Positions 6,991-16,320 of a stretch of DNA of 64,000 bases are shown here, one piece after another. The notes beneath the pieces were generated by a model. That model had not been told where the DNA came from, did not search any database, and saw only the letters and a program-made list of their open reading frames with translations. The position numbers and the translations under genes were made by a program. Every line of letters starts with the position of its first letter. The first letter of the stretch is position 1. Source of the stretch: a virus; IMG/VR virus record IMGVR_UViG_3300033153_004222, positions 17,288-81,287 of that record; one strand, written 5' to 3'.

Positions 6991-7557
6991 ATGTTTGATG
7001 AAGAAGGACACAATGTAGATATTGAAATCTATGAAGAACAACATGAGCTTTTATGGGATGAATTTAGAAAAGCTCAACAAACTCTTAGAGAAAAAATTAT
7101 GGATCTAAGAGATAAAGGAAAAGAGTTATTCGTAAAAGAATGCAAAACACTATTCCAATCTTATCCAGAATTAAAATCATTTGGATGGACACAATATACC
7201 CCATATTTTATGGATGGTGATCCGTGTGTATTCTATGCAAATACAGAGTATTTTTATGTAAATGGATATGATTCAGAGGAATTGGATGTTATGGACACAA
7301 GATTTGATGAAGATCAAATAGGTGAAAATCTATTTTTAGGACATGACAAAGAAACAAGAATCTGGGACCAAAAGAAAAATAATTGGAATATAAGTACTAA
7401 TTCTGTATACAATCCTAAATATGAATTAATAATAGATAGAATATCTGATCTATTAGGATCATTTAGTGAAGATGATTTCTTTGATTTCTTTGGCGATCAT
7501 GCAATGGTAGTCATTAGTGAGAAAGGTGCTTTTGTAGAAGATTGGGACCATGAATAA
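6991..7557 (+). CDS. conserved phage protein (FGWTQYTPYFxDGDPC family)
   Basis: Motif recurrent in phages, often near DUF6915; likely ATG at 6991. Confidence 0.7.
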   Translation: MFDEEGHNVDIEIYEEQHELLWDEFRKAQQTLREKIMDLRDKGKELFVKECKTLFQSYPELKSFGWTQYTPYFMDGDPCVFYANTEYFYVNGYDSEELDVMDTRFDEDQIGENLFLGHDKETRIWDQKKNNWNISTNSVYNPKYELIIDRISDLLGSFSEDDFFDFFGDHAMVVISEKGAFVEDWDHE

Positions 7558-7560
7558 TTA

Positions 7561-7706
7561 AAGATATCTGGCGGAAACTTTATTAACCCAACGAGGTACC
7601 ATCTGATGTAATGGTGTAGATAAGTCAGGATTAGGGACTAATATGGATTAAAGGTGGCCATAGGTCTATAATGTAGCATCTATAAAGATAACAAAGCCGA
7701 TATTTT
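7561..7706 (+). ncRNA. stem-closed intergenic structured RNA
   Basis: AAGATATC.GGC (7561-7572) pairs with GCC-GATATTTT (7696-7706); inner stems CTTTAT/ATAAAG and TACCAT/ATGGTG. Confidence 0.4.
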
Positions 7707-7733
7707 TAATATATTAACTATAAATTTTATACA

Positions 7734-8399
7734 ATGAAGAAACGTAAAGAATGGAAATTTCTAACGAATTTAATTAAAGCTGATCCAAAAGAAATGGAGG
7801 ATAAAGCTAATGGTAAATCTTATGACAATGACAGAAAGCATTGGACTAAAGATGAAACAGCTGAAATGCTTGAAGCACATTCGTTAGGATTTAATGACAG
7901 GGACATTGCTTTTGCCCATAAAAGAAGAATAAAAGCAGTACGATTAAAGAGAACTAAAGAGTTACAAAAATTAATGGAGGATGCAGAACCTATGGTAAAG
8001 ACTAATAATTTAAATGACACAGAAGAACCAGGAAGATTCTTTTCTCAAAAACTTATTAATGAGCTTCATCAACAGTTTGAATGGAGCAAAAGTATGATGG
8101 TGGAACAACAAGATTCTTATGATGAGTTAATGAAAGAGTGGTGCTTACAGCATCTAAAGAGGAGTAAAATTCTTGAAACACTTCATATGTTTTTAATAGA
8201 AGAAACAGGACTCATAGGAATGTTAGGAGGAACCGGAAAAGTTTTAGACAGAGGAAATGATCTTTTAAAGAAGCTTCGTAAAGTTGAAAACTCTATTACT
8301 CCAGAAGAAGTAAATGAGCATTTTGAACAAATGAAAAACATAGCCGGACAAGGCCTTGAAAAAAAAGGAAAGTTTGGAAATGGAAAGTCAAGTGGATAA
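7734..8399 (+). CDS. hypothetical protein with an N-terminal HTH/Myb-like segment
   Basis: 221 aa; WTKDETAEMLEAHSLGFNDRDIAFAHKRRIKAVRLKR resembles an HTH. Confidence 0.6.
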   Translation: MKKRKEWKFLTNLIKADPKEMEDKANGKSYDNDRKHWTKDETAEMLEAHSLGFNDRDIAFAHKRRIKAVRLKRTKELQKLMEDAEPMVKTNNLNDTEEPGRFFSQKLINELHQQFEWSKSMMVEQQDSYDELMKEWCLQHLKRSKILETLHMFLIEETGLIGMLGGTGKVLDRGNDLLKKLRKVENSITPEEVNEHFEQMKNIAGQGLEKKGKFGNGKSSG

Positions 8400-8411
8400 T
8401 GCGTATACCCA

Positions 8412-8606
8412 TGATGAAGGGGCGTAGTTCAATTACACCCGAAAGCGTGAAACCAGGCATAGCCAGGTAGTGGCAGGAAGATGCAATAGTAAAAGCTCAG
8501 AATACTTCATCAACAATACATATAGGGAACGGCAGTAGGGAGATGTGATGAACATCCGGTACAAACCCTAACCTTGGAGTGGCGATGCCCTTACTCAACT
8601 CCAAGG
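8412..8606 (+). ncRNA. intergenic structured RNA (three domains)
   Basis: TGATGAAG/CTTCATCA (8412-8419/8505-8512), TAGGG/CCCTA with an inner GATGT/ACATC, CCTTGGAGT/ACTCCAAGG (8572-8580/8598-8606). Confidence 0.45.
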
Positions 8607-8641
8607 GTATGTATTTATTTTTAACATTCAATCTAAAATAT

Positions 8642-8884
8642 ATGATAAAGGAAAAAAAACAAACCGAAGAACTTTTAACACAATTAAATCATTTAGCAAA
8701 GTATTGGTCTGAAACAGATAATTCTATAGAGGATAAACTTTCAGGAGTACTGTTTAGTTTTCTGGTAATGATTGATGGAGGAAGTGGTTCTTTTGAACAC
8801 GGAATTAAGATGATAGATAATGCAACAGGAGAAGAGATTTCAAATGGTTATCTACATGAAATATTTAACAAATATAAAAAGTAA
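8642..8884 (+). CDS. hypothetical protein
   Basis: ORF with a likely ATG at 8642 after an A-rich leader. Confidence 0.65.
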   Translation: MIKEKKQTEELLTQLNHLAKYWSETDNSIEDKLSGVLFSFLVMIDGGSGSFEHGIKMIDNATGEEISNGYLHEIFNKYKK

Positions 8885-8888
8885 AATT

Positions 8889-9296
8889 ATGGGATTTTTT
8901 AGTTGGAAAACAAACGATACTACTAAGAGTATCAACAATCATTATACAGGTATACCCACATTTAGAGTAATAATGACTGATAATAAAGGTAATCAATGGG
9001 TAGAAGATAATTATGAGGGGTACGGCATCTTTGGAGGCAAAGATTATCATGAATTATTAGATGAGATGAATGGAGGCTCTGGAGATAGACTTATAGGAAT
9101 AGCCAGGATGTATGATAAGAAATATAAAAATCAAATCTTTCCTTCATTAAGTGAAAATGGTGATTACCATAACGGTATACAACCAGAAGATTGTGAGTAT
9201 CAAGGGTATTTTTATGATGCAGTATGTCAAGAATGTTTTGATGATATAGATAATATTGATGAACTGAAGGATAAGCTATTTGAAAATGAAAAGTAA
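8889..9296 (+). CDS. conserved phage protein (MGFFSWKT...YEGYGxFGGKDY family)
   Basis: Recognisable recurrent phage N-terminus; ATG at 8889. Confidence 0.7.
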   Translation: MGFFSWKTNDTTKSINNHYTGIPTFRVIMTDNKGNQWVEDNYEGYGIFGGKDYHELLDEMNGGSGDRLIGIARMYDKKYKNQIFPSLSENGDYHNGIQPEDCEYQGYFYDAVCQECFDDIDNIDELKDKLFENEK

Positions 9297-9410
9297 TTTC
9301 TGAATAGGACCTCCCTAACCCTTGGGGACAGCAAAGACATAGAGTACAAGATTTTAGAACTTTATTAGTTGGGAGTGATCCCTATTTTTTAACATTAAAA
9401 TTATAATAGT

Positions 9411-9560
9411 ATGGAAAAAGTATTAGAATGGTTGGAGAAATTAGAAACTCCTCAGACATTAACAGATGAATTAAAACAAACCATTATAGATGAAGTTTAT
9501 GATGCATGTCATACAGCTTTTAATTCTGGTGAACAACAAGGTAAAAACGAGAACTTATGA
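9411..9560 (+). CDS. small hypothetical protein (49 aa)
   Basis: Hand-translated MEKVLEWLEKLETPQ...; ATGA overlap with 9557. Confidence 0.55.
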   Translation: MEKVLEWLEKLETPQTLTDELKQTIIDEVYDACHTAFNSGEQQGKNENL

Positions 9561-9895
9561 GTCATATGAAAAGAGCATTAGAGGACATCCGAGATTTAGG
9601 ATGGCCCGAAACCAATGAATCTCTACAGAGATTGATTGAAAAACGTCAAAAGGAAGCAGAAACAAAAGCCGATGATATACAACTCCCCAAATGGTTTGAT
9701 GGAATGGTATACGAACAAGGCGATACAGTTACCAATCCTTTTAGCGGTAGTTTTATATATATAGATAGAAAAGCCCTGTCTATGTATGATTTAATAATGG
9801 GAGCAAATCACACAGAACAATGGGAATTAGTTCGTAAAGGATGTGATTGGTTTAGACAACATTACCCGAAAGAGTATATGGTGTTGCTCGATTAA
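9557..9895 (+). CDS. hypothetical protein
   Basis: 112-aa ORF. Confidence 0.7.
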   Translation: MSHMKRALEDIRDLGWPETNESLQRLIEKRQKEAETKADDIQLPKWFDGMVYEQGDTVTNPFSGSFIYIDRKALSMYDLIMGANHTEQWELVRKGCDWFRQHYPKEYMVLLD

Positions 9896-9906
9896 AATTA
9901 ATAATT

Positions 9907-10896
9907 ATGAAAATAACAGATGATAAGTATTTTGGATTGCATCTATTTACCCAAGAAGCAGATACAGATAACTCTATATTCCAATTCGTTATGAATTATT
10001 CAGGGATTATAAAGGAAACGATGGGAGATGAAGAAGGAAGTAAAGTATTGCTGGAGCTGTCGCTGTTATTGTTAGATAATGGTATGGCTAATATTACAAT
10101 ATCTCCTCAAGATCCTGAAGCAGCGGCTAAAAAGCCAAGAGCAGAAAAAGCTTTGCGTACAATCACACATGATAATACAAATTACATGATAAAAGATGAG
10201 GTACAAGAACTTTCAAGCAGATTGAAACTAAAGAATTTTACTTTAAAGATTTTGGATAAGTTAGAAACGCAAAAATCAACCTATATATTAGATAAAAAAT
10301 CTTTTTTTAGATTTTATAAGTTAGATAATTGTGTAGTAGGAGGATTTTTTAAAAAGTCTTATGAAACTGATACAGCTTTAAAAGAAGATCTTTCAGTTCT
10401 TGATGCTGCATTTGCAGGAATAGGAAAGCCAGGACTTCATTATAATGATTTATCAAATCAAATTGAATTTGGATTTGATTATTATTTATTCAAGTTAGAT
10501 CTGGATGATTTTTCTATAGAGATAAATGATCAAAAATATTATAAAATGGATGATGAAAAGTTAAAACAGGATCCAGAATATCCTCGATTACTTCAATTTA
10601 TTCAGTTGGTAACATTCATAAGTCTAAGTGAGTTAGAATTAAGAATTTTAGCTCCTAATATGAAATGTTCTAATCCTGGAGGAAGATTCCATAAAAAGAT
10701 CATTAATGGAAGTACAAGTGATGTTGTAATAGTAGGCAGTAAATGGAATACTATTTCTGTTAGAGAAGAAGGTTTTAAAGTGGCTGGATTTTTTAGACTA
10801 CAGCCTTGTGGAAAAGGTAGACAAGATGTTAAACTAATCTTTGTAAACTCTTTTATGAAACATGGTTATATAAGAAGATTCAATCGGAAACAATAA
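9907..10896 (+). CDS. hypothetical protein with a C-terminal V.G.FRLQPCG basic motif
   Basis: 329 aa; the C-terminal FKVAGFFRLQPCGKGRQDVKLIFVNSFMKHGY resembles the VRGH(W/F)R phage motif. Confidence 0.7.
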   Translation: MKITDDKYFGLHLFTQEADTDNSIFQFVMNYSGIIKETMGDEEGSKVLLELSLLLLDNGMANITISPQDPEAAAKKPRAEKALRTITHDNTNYMIKDEVQELSSRLKLKNFTLKILDKLETQKSTYILDKKSFFRFYKLDNCVVGGFFKKSYETDTALKEDLSVLDAAFAGIGKPGLHYNDLSNQIEFGFDYYLFKLDLDDFSIEINDQKYYKMDDEKLKQDPEYPRLLQFIQLVTFISLSELELRILAPNMKCSNPGGRFHKKIINGSTSDVVIVGSKWNTISVREEGFKVAGFFRLQPCGKGRQDVKLIFVNSFMKHGYIRRFNRKQ

Positions 10897-10911
10897 CTAA
10901 AATTTAATAAA

Positions 10912-11331
10912 ATGGGAACAAGAAGTTTAACAAAAGTAATTCAGAAATGGGAAACTGAATCCGGTAAGGAGAAAAAAAGACCTATAATCAGTATGTATCG
11001 TCAATATGATGGTTATCCAGAAGGACATGGTATTGAATTAGCAGAATTTTTAGATGAATTTTCTGTAGTAAATGGTTTAGGATTAGATAAGGAGAAAAAA
11101 ATAGCAAATGGAATGGATTGTTTAGCTGCTCAGATAGTAGCTGAATTTAAAACAGGTCCAGGCGGTATTTATTTACAACACCCTGATACAACTGATGTGT
11201 GGGAACAATTTGTATATGAAATAGAAGACACGGGTAAAGGTCTTTCTATTTCTATATACGATTCCTATGAAAAAGATGTAATATTTAAGGGAAGTCCTGA
11301 AGAATTAATTAACAAATTTTATAAAGAATAA
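10912..11331 (+). CDS. conserved phage protein (MGTRSLT...YxxYDGYP family)
   Basis: Characteristic N-terminus and DGYPEGHG motif. Confidence 0.75.
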   Translation: MGTRSLTKVIQKWETESGKEKKRPIISMYRQYDGYPEGHGIELAEFLDEFSVVNGLGLDKEKKIANGMDCLAAQIVAEFKTGPGGIYLQHPDTTDVWEQFVYEIEDTGKGLSISIYDSYEKDVIFKGSPEELINKFYKE

Positions 11332-11333
11332 TT

Positions 11334-11978
11334 ATGGCAAATCATTGTTACAATTGGATCACTATCACAGGCGATAGTGATTCAATTCAAAAACTGATAG
11401 ATAAATGTGAGCAGCCTGAAGTTCAAAATGAAAGCTTATGGTATAATACATATCATAAATTATTTCCTGATACAAATAAGAGGTATCCAGGAGCAGATGA
11501 AGAAGATAAATTTGATGTATATGAACAATACGGATCAAAATGGTTTGATTTAGGCATTGATTATCCCGCAGATAAAGAATATGTAAATATTATGGGAGAT
11601 TCAGCCTGGTCGCCAATGGAACCTTTATGCCAAAAACTTTCACAAGCATATAACGTAGAGATTCGTATAGAATTTGAAGAAGGTGGTTGTGATTTTGGTG
11701 GTTTTGCTGTATATGAGAATGGGATTGAAACTGAATCTGAAACTTATACCTACAGAACTTGGATGTATATAAATGATCCTCCATGTTTTATGGAAAATAT
11801 AGCAGAGGAAATTCTTTGCGGTGATTATTATCAAGATTTAGATGATTTCAAAGAGAATGATAAGGAATGCTGGGATGTGATGAGTGTTAAGGACAAAAAA
11901 GAATTAAAGCTTATCTTTGAAGAGTACGCACAACAAATAAAGCAGGAAGAAATTGATAAAAAGCAACTAAAAAAATAG
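11334..11978 (+). CDS. DUF1281/YubB-type ferredoxin-like domain protein
   Basis: MANHCYNWITITG...YGSKW...DSAWSP...EEGGCDFGG signature. Confidence 0.7.
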   Translation: MANHCYNWITITGDSDSIQKLIDKCEQPEVQNESLWYNTYHKLFPDTNKRYPGADEEDKFDVYEQYGSKWFDLGIDYPADKEYVNIMGDSAWSPMEPLCQKLSQAYNVEIRIEFEEGGCDFGGFAVYENGIETESETYTYRTWMYINDPPCFMENIAEEILCGDYYQDLDDFKENDKECWDVMSVKDKKELKLIFEEYAQQIKQEEIDKKQLKK

Positions 11979-12326
11979 ATGAAAATGGAAAACAAGGTAA
12001 ATAAAACAGAGTTTAAATTGGAAATTGAAATAGGTGAAATTGATGGAGCACATGGAATGGGATTTAGAGCGTTAGGAGATCCTCATTATTTAGAAGAAGC
12101 TATTATAGCTACTATTAGATATGATATAGAGGAACCAGAATCAAGTCAAAAAGATGGGCAGAATAAATCTGCAATACTATTTCAAACAATTGCTGAAGCA
12201 TATTTTACAGCAATAACACAATTGGCTCATAAATCTGAATATGCAGATAAAATGCAGAAACAATTATCTGTGGTTCAAACAGGATTAATTGAAACTTATA
12301 ATAGGCTGCATAATGAAATTAAATAG
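11979..12326 (+). CDS. hypothetical protein
   Basis: 115-aa ORF abutting the upstream gene. Confidence 0.65.
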   Translation: MKMENKVNKTEFKLEIEIGEIDGAHGMGFRALGDPHYLEEAIIATIRYDIEEPESSQKDGQNKSAILFQTIAEAYFTAITQLAHKSEYADKMQKQLSVVQTGLIETYNRLHNEIK

Positions 12327-12759
12327 ACAAAATATGATGAAAATGCAGCTAATACATGACTTAGAAGAAATTTTAAGAACTATTCCTCTGGATGTAATTG
12401 AGGAAGATATTAAAATGAATGTAATTAATGATCAAGTAAAAGAATTATTATATTTTTTAATAGAAGCAAAAAATGAATTAGCAACTTCTGTAATCTATAG
12501 GGCTGATGGTAGTAAAGAATTAATCAGCCCTATCAATGGTAAAAACTTTCAATTAGAAGAACTACAAGAAATAGTAGGAGGATATATTGAAGTAATGCAT
12601 TTACCCAATATGGGAAAAAAGATGATCCTCAATGAGGATGGTAAATCTTTAGAACTTCCTATAAATAGATTAGCGACAGAATTATTCAGAGATTCTTATC
12701 AAACCTCTGATATAATAGTAGGAGATGCTTTAATATGTGATAATAAATTAATGAGATGA
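12313..12759 (+). CDS. DUF3846-like protein
   Basis: LEELQEIVGGYIE...NEDGK...LPIN..AT...IVGDA signature; likely ATG at 12313. Confidence 0.7.
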   Translation: MKLNRQNMMKMQLIHDLEEILRTIPLDVIEEDIKMNVINDQVKELLYFLIEAKNELATSVIYRADGSKELISPINGKNFQLEELQEIVGGYIEVMHLPNMGKKMILNEDGKSLELPINRLATELFRDSYQTSDIIVGDALICDNKLMR

Positions 12760-12983
12760 ATAATATTACTAAAGGAGATTTGGTAAGAAAAGATGCAGGA
12801 CTTGGTTTTTCCATATTTGGTAATGTTATTAAAGTTTTTGAAAGACAAAATGAAGTGTTGATAAAGTGGTCAAATGATCCAGCTATCAAACATCAATTTA
12901 GTGTGGAAAAAATAGAAGACATAACATTGTTATATAGTGGAAGTCAAGGAGCATCTTTAACTACTGATACTCATAAAAACTAA
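12756..12983 (+). CDS. hypothetical protein
   Basis: 75-aa ORF with an ATGA overlap. Confidence 0.6.
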   Translation: MNNITKGDLVRKDAGLGFSIFGNVIKVFERQNEVLIKWSNDPAIKHQFSVEKIEDITLLYSGSQGASLTTDTHKN

Positions 12984-12987
12984 AAAA

Positions 12988-13170
12988 ATGATTAATACGG
13001 AGTATTACGTATCCACTTGTTGTTATGACGAGGTGGAATTATATTTTAATAAAAAAACTAAATCAGAGGTAGGCATTTGTCAATCTTGCAAAAAATTTTG
13101 TAATTATGAAGAAGACGAAGAACACAGAGAGTACGAAAGTCCCTACTCAGACGAACCCTGGGACATGTGA
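12988..13170 (+). CDS. small Cys-rich (Zn-ribbon-like) protein
   Basis: STCC...ICQSCKKFC. Confidence 0.55.
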   Translation: MINTEYYVSTCCYDEVELYFNKKTKSEVGICQSCKKFCNYEEDEEHREYESPYSDEPWDM

Positions 13171-13300
13171 AATATGTTTAGGAGATCAGCACATTACTTA
13201 TATGCATGGCCAAGAAGAAAGAGATATGCCATGTCCATTATGTAATGATAAAACTGATCCTGAAGCAGAGAGATTAATGAATGGATGGCCTTTTAAATAA
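13106..13300 (+). CDS. small Zn-finger-like protein
   Basis: CEIC...CPLC. Confidence 0.5.
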   Translation: MKKTKNTESTKVPTQTNPGTCEICLGDQHITYMHGQEERDMPCPLCNDKTDPEAERLMNGWPFK

Positions 13301-13306
13301 AAAGAT

Positions 13307-13714
13307 ATGAAAAAAACATTAGAAAACTGGGAAAGTCCCCTCTCTCAAACAGAGGAATTAAAAGCTATTCAAGAAGCTATAACTAATATTTGCACAGAAA
13401 TAGAGGCAGAATTAGAACTTGATCAAAAATGTACTTATATAACCTACACTCGACCTGAAATTAAATCAATAGATGTAGATAAAATAGGTGAGATGTATAA
13501 AAAACTGGATAGTTTAGGAAAAACAATAATGAAAAGTGAAGAATTTGATGTTTTTAAAGAACAACTCAAATTAAAACCTGTAACTGTAGTGGAACCTAAA
13601 ATGTCTGTAATGAAACTAAATAGCACGGAGGCTATTATGGTTTTAAATACTATTTTAAAAATCTATAAAAGTAAAAAGGAAATTCTTTTACAAAAAATGG
13701 ATTTGAAACTTTAA
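13307..13714 (+). CDS. hypothetical protein
   Basis: 135-aa ORF. Confidence 0.65.
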   Translation: MKKTLENWESPLSQTEELKAIQEAITNICTEIEAELELDQKCTYITYTRPEIKSIDVDKIGEMYKKLDSLGKTIMKSEEFDVFKEQLKLKPVTVVEPKMSVMKLNSTEAIMVLNTILKIYKSKKEILLQKMDLKL

Positions 13715-13725
13715 AATTTAATAAA

Positions 13726-13986
13726 ATGGGATATTTTGAGAGTAAGTATTCTGATGTCGGAGAAGGCAGCAGAAAAGAAACAGCTAAAATGCTGTTAAGT
13801 TCTATGAGAGGAAGGCTCATAATGGGACAAGCATTAGCAATTGCTTCTAAGGTTATAATGAAAAGAGAACATCCTTATAAAGAAGAATCTAATGCAGCTG
13901 ATATGAAATTTATCGGAGAAGAATTATTTAGTCCTTTTTATAATATGTATACCGGGGAAGAGGAAAATATAAGAGAGCATAAATGA
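13726..13986 (+). CDS. hypothetical protein
   Basis: 86-aa ORF with an ATGA overlap into polA. Confidence 0.65.
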   Translation: MGYFESKYSDVGEGSRKETAKMLLSSMRGRLIMGQALAIASKVIMKREHPYKEESNAADMKFIGEELFSPFYNMYTGEEENIREHK

Positions 13987-15914
13987 TTCATTTTATAAGT
14001 AGCACAGAAAGAACATTTGATAGTCCTAAAATACAACATAACCAAGTCAGCAAAGAAGACATATTTCAATATTGTACAACCAAAAAATTCCTCGGTGTAG
14101 ATACTGAAACAGAAGGTCTTGACTTTCTTACTAAGAAAGTTGTTATGTTTCAAATAGGAGATAATGAAAATCAGTTTGTAATTGATACAAGAGATACTGA
14201 TATTGAATTTCTTCGACCAATTTTGGAAGATAGAGGAATAACTAAAATCTTTCATAATGTCAAATTTGACTACAAGTTTATCAAGAAATGGTATGATATA
14301 ACATGTGAAAATGTTTATGATACCATGTTAGGAGAACGAGTGCTAACTTGTGGCAAAGACGTTAAACCAGGACATCACAGCCTTGAACAGGTGTGTCGCA
14401 GAAGATTAGATATTCAGCTGGATAAAGCTACCAGGAATAAGTTTATAGACTTACGGGGTAGGCCTTTTGAAGATCGCCTTATTATTTATGGAGCTCAAGA
14501 TGTAGAGAATTTAATAAAAATAAAGAATTTGCAAATGGAAGAAATTAATTCTTTTGATCTAAATAAACTTTTAGATCTTGAGAATGAAGTTGTCCTGGCA
14601 TTTTCTGATATTGAATTCAACGGAATAGCTCTGAATAAGGATAGATGGACAGAAATAGCTGAAGATTATTCAGGAGAAATGAAAGTAGCCCAGGAAGAAC
14701 TGGACAAAATTATTATTTCTGATAAGAAATTTTCTTCTTTTTTGAACAAAAATGTTCAGTTAGACTTTTTTTCCTTAGTAAAGGATGTTGAAGTTCTGGT
14801 TAATTGGTCAAGTCCAATTCAGGTATTAAAGCTTTTTAAGGAGCTTATACCGACTTTAGAAGATGTAAATGGAAAGAATCTATATGTGTATAAAAATAGA
14901 CATATACTGTTCTCTAAATATATATCTTATAAAGAGGTTGAAAAGAAGTCTAATGCTTATGGTTTGGATTTTTTAAAATATGTAAAGTCCGATGAGCGGA
15001 TTCATACTTCTTTTAATCAAATTTTAAATACAGGAAGAGTAAGTAGCAGAAATCCAAACATGCAACAAATTCCTGCAGACAATAAATATCGTAATTGTTT
15101 TATAACTGGTAAAGAAGATTGGGTATTTGTATCTTCTGATTATAGTTCGCAAGAGCTGTGTATTATAGCATATGGATCTAAAGATCCGGTATGGCTACAA
15201 GCATTGGCTGATGGGAAAGATTTACATTCCGTATGTGCTGAGTTAGTTTATTCTTTCAGATGGAAGAAAGCAGCTTCGCCAGGATGTAAATACTATAAAA
15301 AAGATGCAGATGGAAAATTTTTAAAAGCCAAATGCGATTGTAAAGGGCATAAATTATTAAGGACAAGTGTAAAGACAATAAATTTTGGATTAGCGTATGG
15401 TATGTCTAAAGTCAAATTAGCTGACACCCTACAGATTTCTATAGGAGAATCAGATAGATTGATTAAGAAATATTTTAAAGCCTTTCCAAAAATCAAATTC
15501 TTTTTAAATTGTTTAGGAGAGTATGGTCTTGATAAAGGATATATCAAGACTTTTGCACCTTACAGAAGAATGAGATGGTATAGTTCCTGGCATAAAGGAA
15601 TTAAAACAGATAAATCTTTGAGAAAAGAACTTGGAATGATTGAACGGGCAAGTAAAAATACTCCAATACAAGGAACAGGAGCAGATATGTGTAAATATGC
15701 ATTAATCTTGATAAGAGATTATATAGCTAAACATAAAATACCTGTAAAACTTGTAATGGCTGTGCATGATCAAATAGACACTATTGTCCATAAAGATTAT
15801 GCTGATCAATGGAGTATAGAATTGAGTGAGTTGATGCAACAATCTACTCTAAATATCATACCAAGTGGTCTGTTAAAGGCTGATACTACAAAAAGCTCTT
15901 TCTGGGAAAAATAA
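13983..15914 (+). CDS. polA: family A DNA polymerase with 3'-5' exonuclease
   Basis: Exo motifs VDTET, HNVKFD and YGAQDV; TGRVSSRNPNMQQIP; motif A DYSSQE; motif B KTINFGLAYG; IQGTGAD; motif C VHD. Confidence 0.95.
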   Translation: MIHFISSTERTFDSPKIQHNQVSKEDIFQYCTTKKFLGVDTETEGLDFLTKKVVMFQIGDNENQFVIDTRDTDIEFLRPILEDRGITKIFHNVKFDYKFIKKWYDITCENVYDTMLGERVLTCGKDVKPGHHSLEQVCRRRLDIQLDKATRNKFIDLRGRPFEDRLIIYGAQDVENLIKIKNLQMEEINSFDLNKLLDLENEVVLAFSDIEFNGIALNKDRWTEIAEDYSGEMKVAQEELDKIIISDKKFSSFLNKNVQLDFFSLVKDVEVLVNWSSPIQVLKLFKELIPTLEDVNGKNLYVYKNRHILFSKYISYKEVEKKSNAYGLDFLKYVKSDERIHTSFNQILNTGRVSSRNPNMQQIPADNKYRNCFITGKEDWVFVSSDYSSQELCIIAYGSKDPVWLQALADGKDLHSVCAELVYSFRWKKAASPGCKYYKKDADGKFLKAKCDCKGHKLLRTSVKTINFGLAYGMSKVKLADTLQISIGESDRLIKKYFKAFPKIKFFLNCLGEYGLDKGYIKTFAPYRRMRWYSSWHKGIKTDKSLRKELGMIERASKNTPIQGTGADMCKYALILIRDYIAKHKIPVKLVMAVHDQIDTIVHKDYADQWSIELSELMQQSTLNIIPSGLLKADTTKSSFWEK

Positions 15915-15919
15915 ATATT

Positions 15920-16306
15920 ATGAAGAATAAGAAATATTTTTCTCGGCCTTTAATAAAGGTTGAGCAAACAGATGATTTTACAAAAATTAAAGACGAATCT
16001 GGAAATGTATTAATTGAATGGGCTCTAAAAGACCTTATTCATATGGATACAAGAAAAGAACGAGATAATTATGTAAAATTAGCAAAGACGGATCCCAGAT
16101 TACTATTATTAAAATTAGGATATAATGAGTTTAAGAAACATCAGAAAGTATTTTATATACCAAATGATGTTCTTGAACCTGTTATCGTAGATGTTATTTT
16201 TAGAATAAGAATGTTATACGATGATTGTGCTGATTTAATAAATGTAAAAGATCCGAAAATAATTCATAGGTATATAGATTTAACCGATTTAGAACCTTTT
16301 AATTAA
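15920..16306 (+). CDS. hypothetical protein
   Basis: 128-aa ORF. Confidence 0.65.
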   Translation: MKNKKYFSRPLIKVEQTDDFTKIKDESGNVLIEWALKDLIHMDTRKERDNYVKLAKTDPRLLLLKLGYNEFKKHQKVFYIPNDVLEPVIVDVIFRIRMLYDDCADLINVKDPKIIHRYIDLTDLEPFN

Positions 16307-16320
16307 GTAAATATAAAATT

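Noticed and set aside
8408-8455. Hammerhead ribozyme (ATGATGA...CCCGAAA)
   Set aside because: The core reads AUGAUGA rather than CUGAUGA, and stems I/III with a UH site cannot be formed
9315-9327. T7 terminator-like TAACCCTTGGGG
   Set aside because: Short chance match; the rest of the T7 terminator is absent
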